A stretch of 63,811 nucleotides of DNA, the filler included, from Hyphochytrium catenoides (Eukaryota; Protista; Hyphochytriomycota): the NCBI GenBank assembly GCA_900088475.1. It is 7 parts of 7 records of this genome, joined end to end, with 100 filler letters (N's around TTAATTAATTAA, not from the genome) between each part and the next. Parts side by side here need not be neighbours in the genome. Positions count along the whole stretch, not along the records: positions 61,687 to 63,811 come from FLMG01002596.1; 6 more parts are not named here. One strand, 5' to 3'. Positions 62,755-63,811 of this stretch are shown here, piece by piece; positions within the stretch are counted from its first letter, which is position 1, and the number at the start of each line of letters is the position of its first letter. Made by a program: the position numbers and the translations under genes. The notes below the pieces were generated by a model. The model ran no database searches. It saw only the letters and a list, made by a program, of their open reading frames with translations, and had not been told where the DNA came from.

Positions 62755-63811
62755 TGTTGTCTTACGGGGCTGAGTGTGGTAAGGCTTACGAGTTAGCTTC
62801 GCAAGAATGCAGGTCTCACAAAGACAGGGCTGCTGAGAAGCTCTCTCAACGGTTATACCGGAAGCCCTGCAGGCAGGGCGAGTCGTTAAATATCTGTGTG
62901 GTTGAGATGATTGAGCCGTTTATGCCAGAGAGTGATAGGCTCCTGCTTGCTTGTAGCTGCGGCAATAGCTGGAGGGGAAGAGCCGCTCGTCTCCTGTGCA
63001 GCAGTCGTATGGGAGCAGTATAAACGGTTTATTTGTCAAACCAATATGTCTCACTTGCTCCTGTGAAGTTGACTTAGCAATGTCCTTGACCTTGAATGTA
63101 TTGACCAATAGAGAGAAGATGCTTGAGAAAGCCTGGCGGATAAAGCACATTCGGCAGGTAGAGAGGAGTGGTAGCTCTATTGGCACCAGGGATAAGTGGT
63201 CTTCCCTTTTCCACGGCAAAAATGGCCGCTTGTCCGCGGTAAAGGGAGGAAGAGGTCAATAGGAACGAAAGAGAGAAAGAGTGATCCATCTCCAGTAATG
63301 TGACTGGAGCATCCGCTGTCTAGCAACCACTTATGGCTGCTCTGGAAGGCTTTTGCCTTCGCTGCAGCCTGCTGGATAGAAGCTAGGGTAAGGGATTCAC
63401 CAGAGTCGACAGAAGTTTTGCATACGGTGCCTACTCCCAACTCATTACTATCAACTGATAGATCTCCTGGTGAACTAGAAGTGGAGGATAGGAGAGCAGC
63501 TAAGAGCGCACTAAGTTGCTAGCATTGCCTTTGCTGGGGTCCTGTACCAATGGCAAGTTGTCCAAGTGGAGGTGAGACCTCCGGCCAGCTGGCCTGCGAG
63601 CAGCATTCTCTGGAAGCTCAAAACAGTCTGCGTTGTTATGCCCCTTTCCCCAGCGGATGCCGCACTGCCTGCTACCACACGCAGGATTTCCTGTCTTCGC
63701 TGATCTGGCAGTTCTTCTCTCTTCCTCTCCCTGTTGGAGTCTGCGGGCACAGCTATGTGGACTACAGCTGGCAAGCTTAACTACCCAAGTTTCAGCTCTA
63801 AACTCCCAGTA
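62755..63811 (-). mobile_element. Second degenerate Ty1/Copia fragment (gag end, protease, GAG-pre-integrase) on the opposite strand
   Basis: Protease WLLDSGCSSHITGD (63290-63330), LPNVLYPPGFLKHLLSIGQ, LWHKRLNHLN (about 62900-62930) and CETCILAKLTRKPY (about 62780-62820). Multiple frameshifts and stops. Confidence 0.85.

Overview
This is intron-rich eukaryotic nuclear DNA, probably from an ochrophyte/stramenopile alga (inferred from the IDI-squalene synthase fusion). It is not one locus. Seven contigs are joined by artificial N44-TTAATTAATTAA-N44 spacers, so adjacency across those spacers carries no information. Protein genes: a GBF1/GNOM-type Sec7 ARF-GEF, an FHA-RINGv-FHA E3 ligase, biotin protein ligase, a divergent intronless MIP/aquaporin, POLD2, a LURP/Tub_2 protein, a WRKY19-like zinc-finger repeat protein, a nucleoplasmin-like (NPL) acidic nucleolar protein, class III ADH/GSNOR, a bZIP-SnoaL fusion, an IDI-SQS fusion, a mitochondrial carrier and an ANTH-like + ArfGAP gene. 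The most interesting signal is a 436-bp miniature LTR element (TRIM, 62111-62546, 5-bp TSD) nested in a Copia gag. Its LTR carries a tRNA-like Pol III gene whose 3' end is complementary to the element's own primer-binding site, so it may encode its own RT primer. Two candidate snoRNAs (one C/D, one long H/ACA) sit in consecutive introns of the NPL gene and have plausible rRNA targets. All exon boundaries were read by eye; family assignments come from motif recognition, not database searches.
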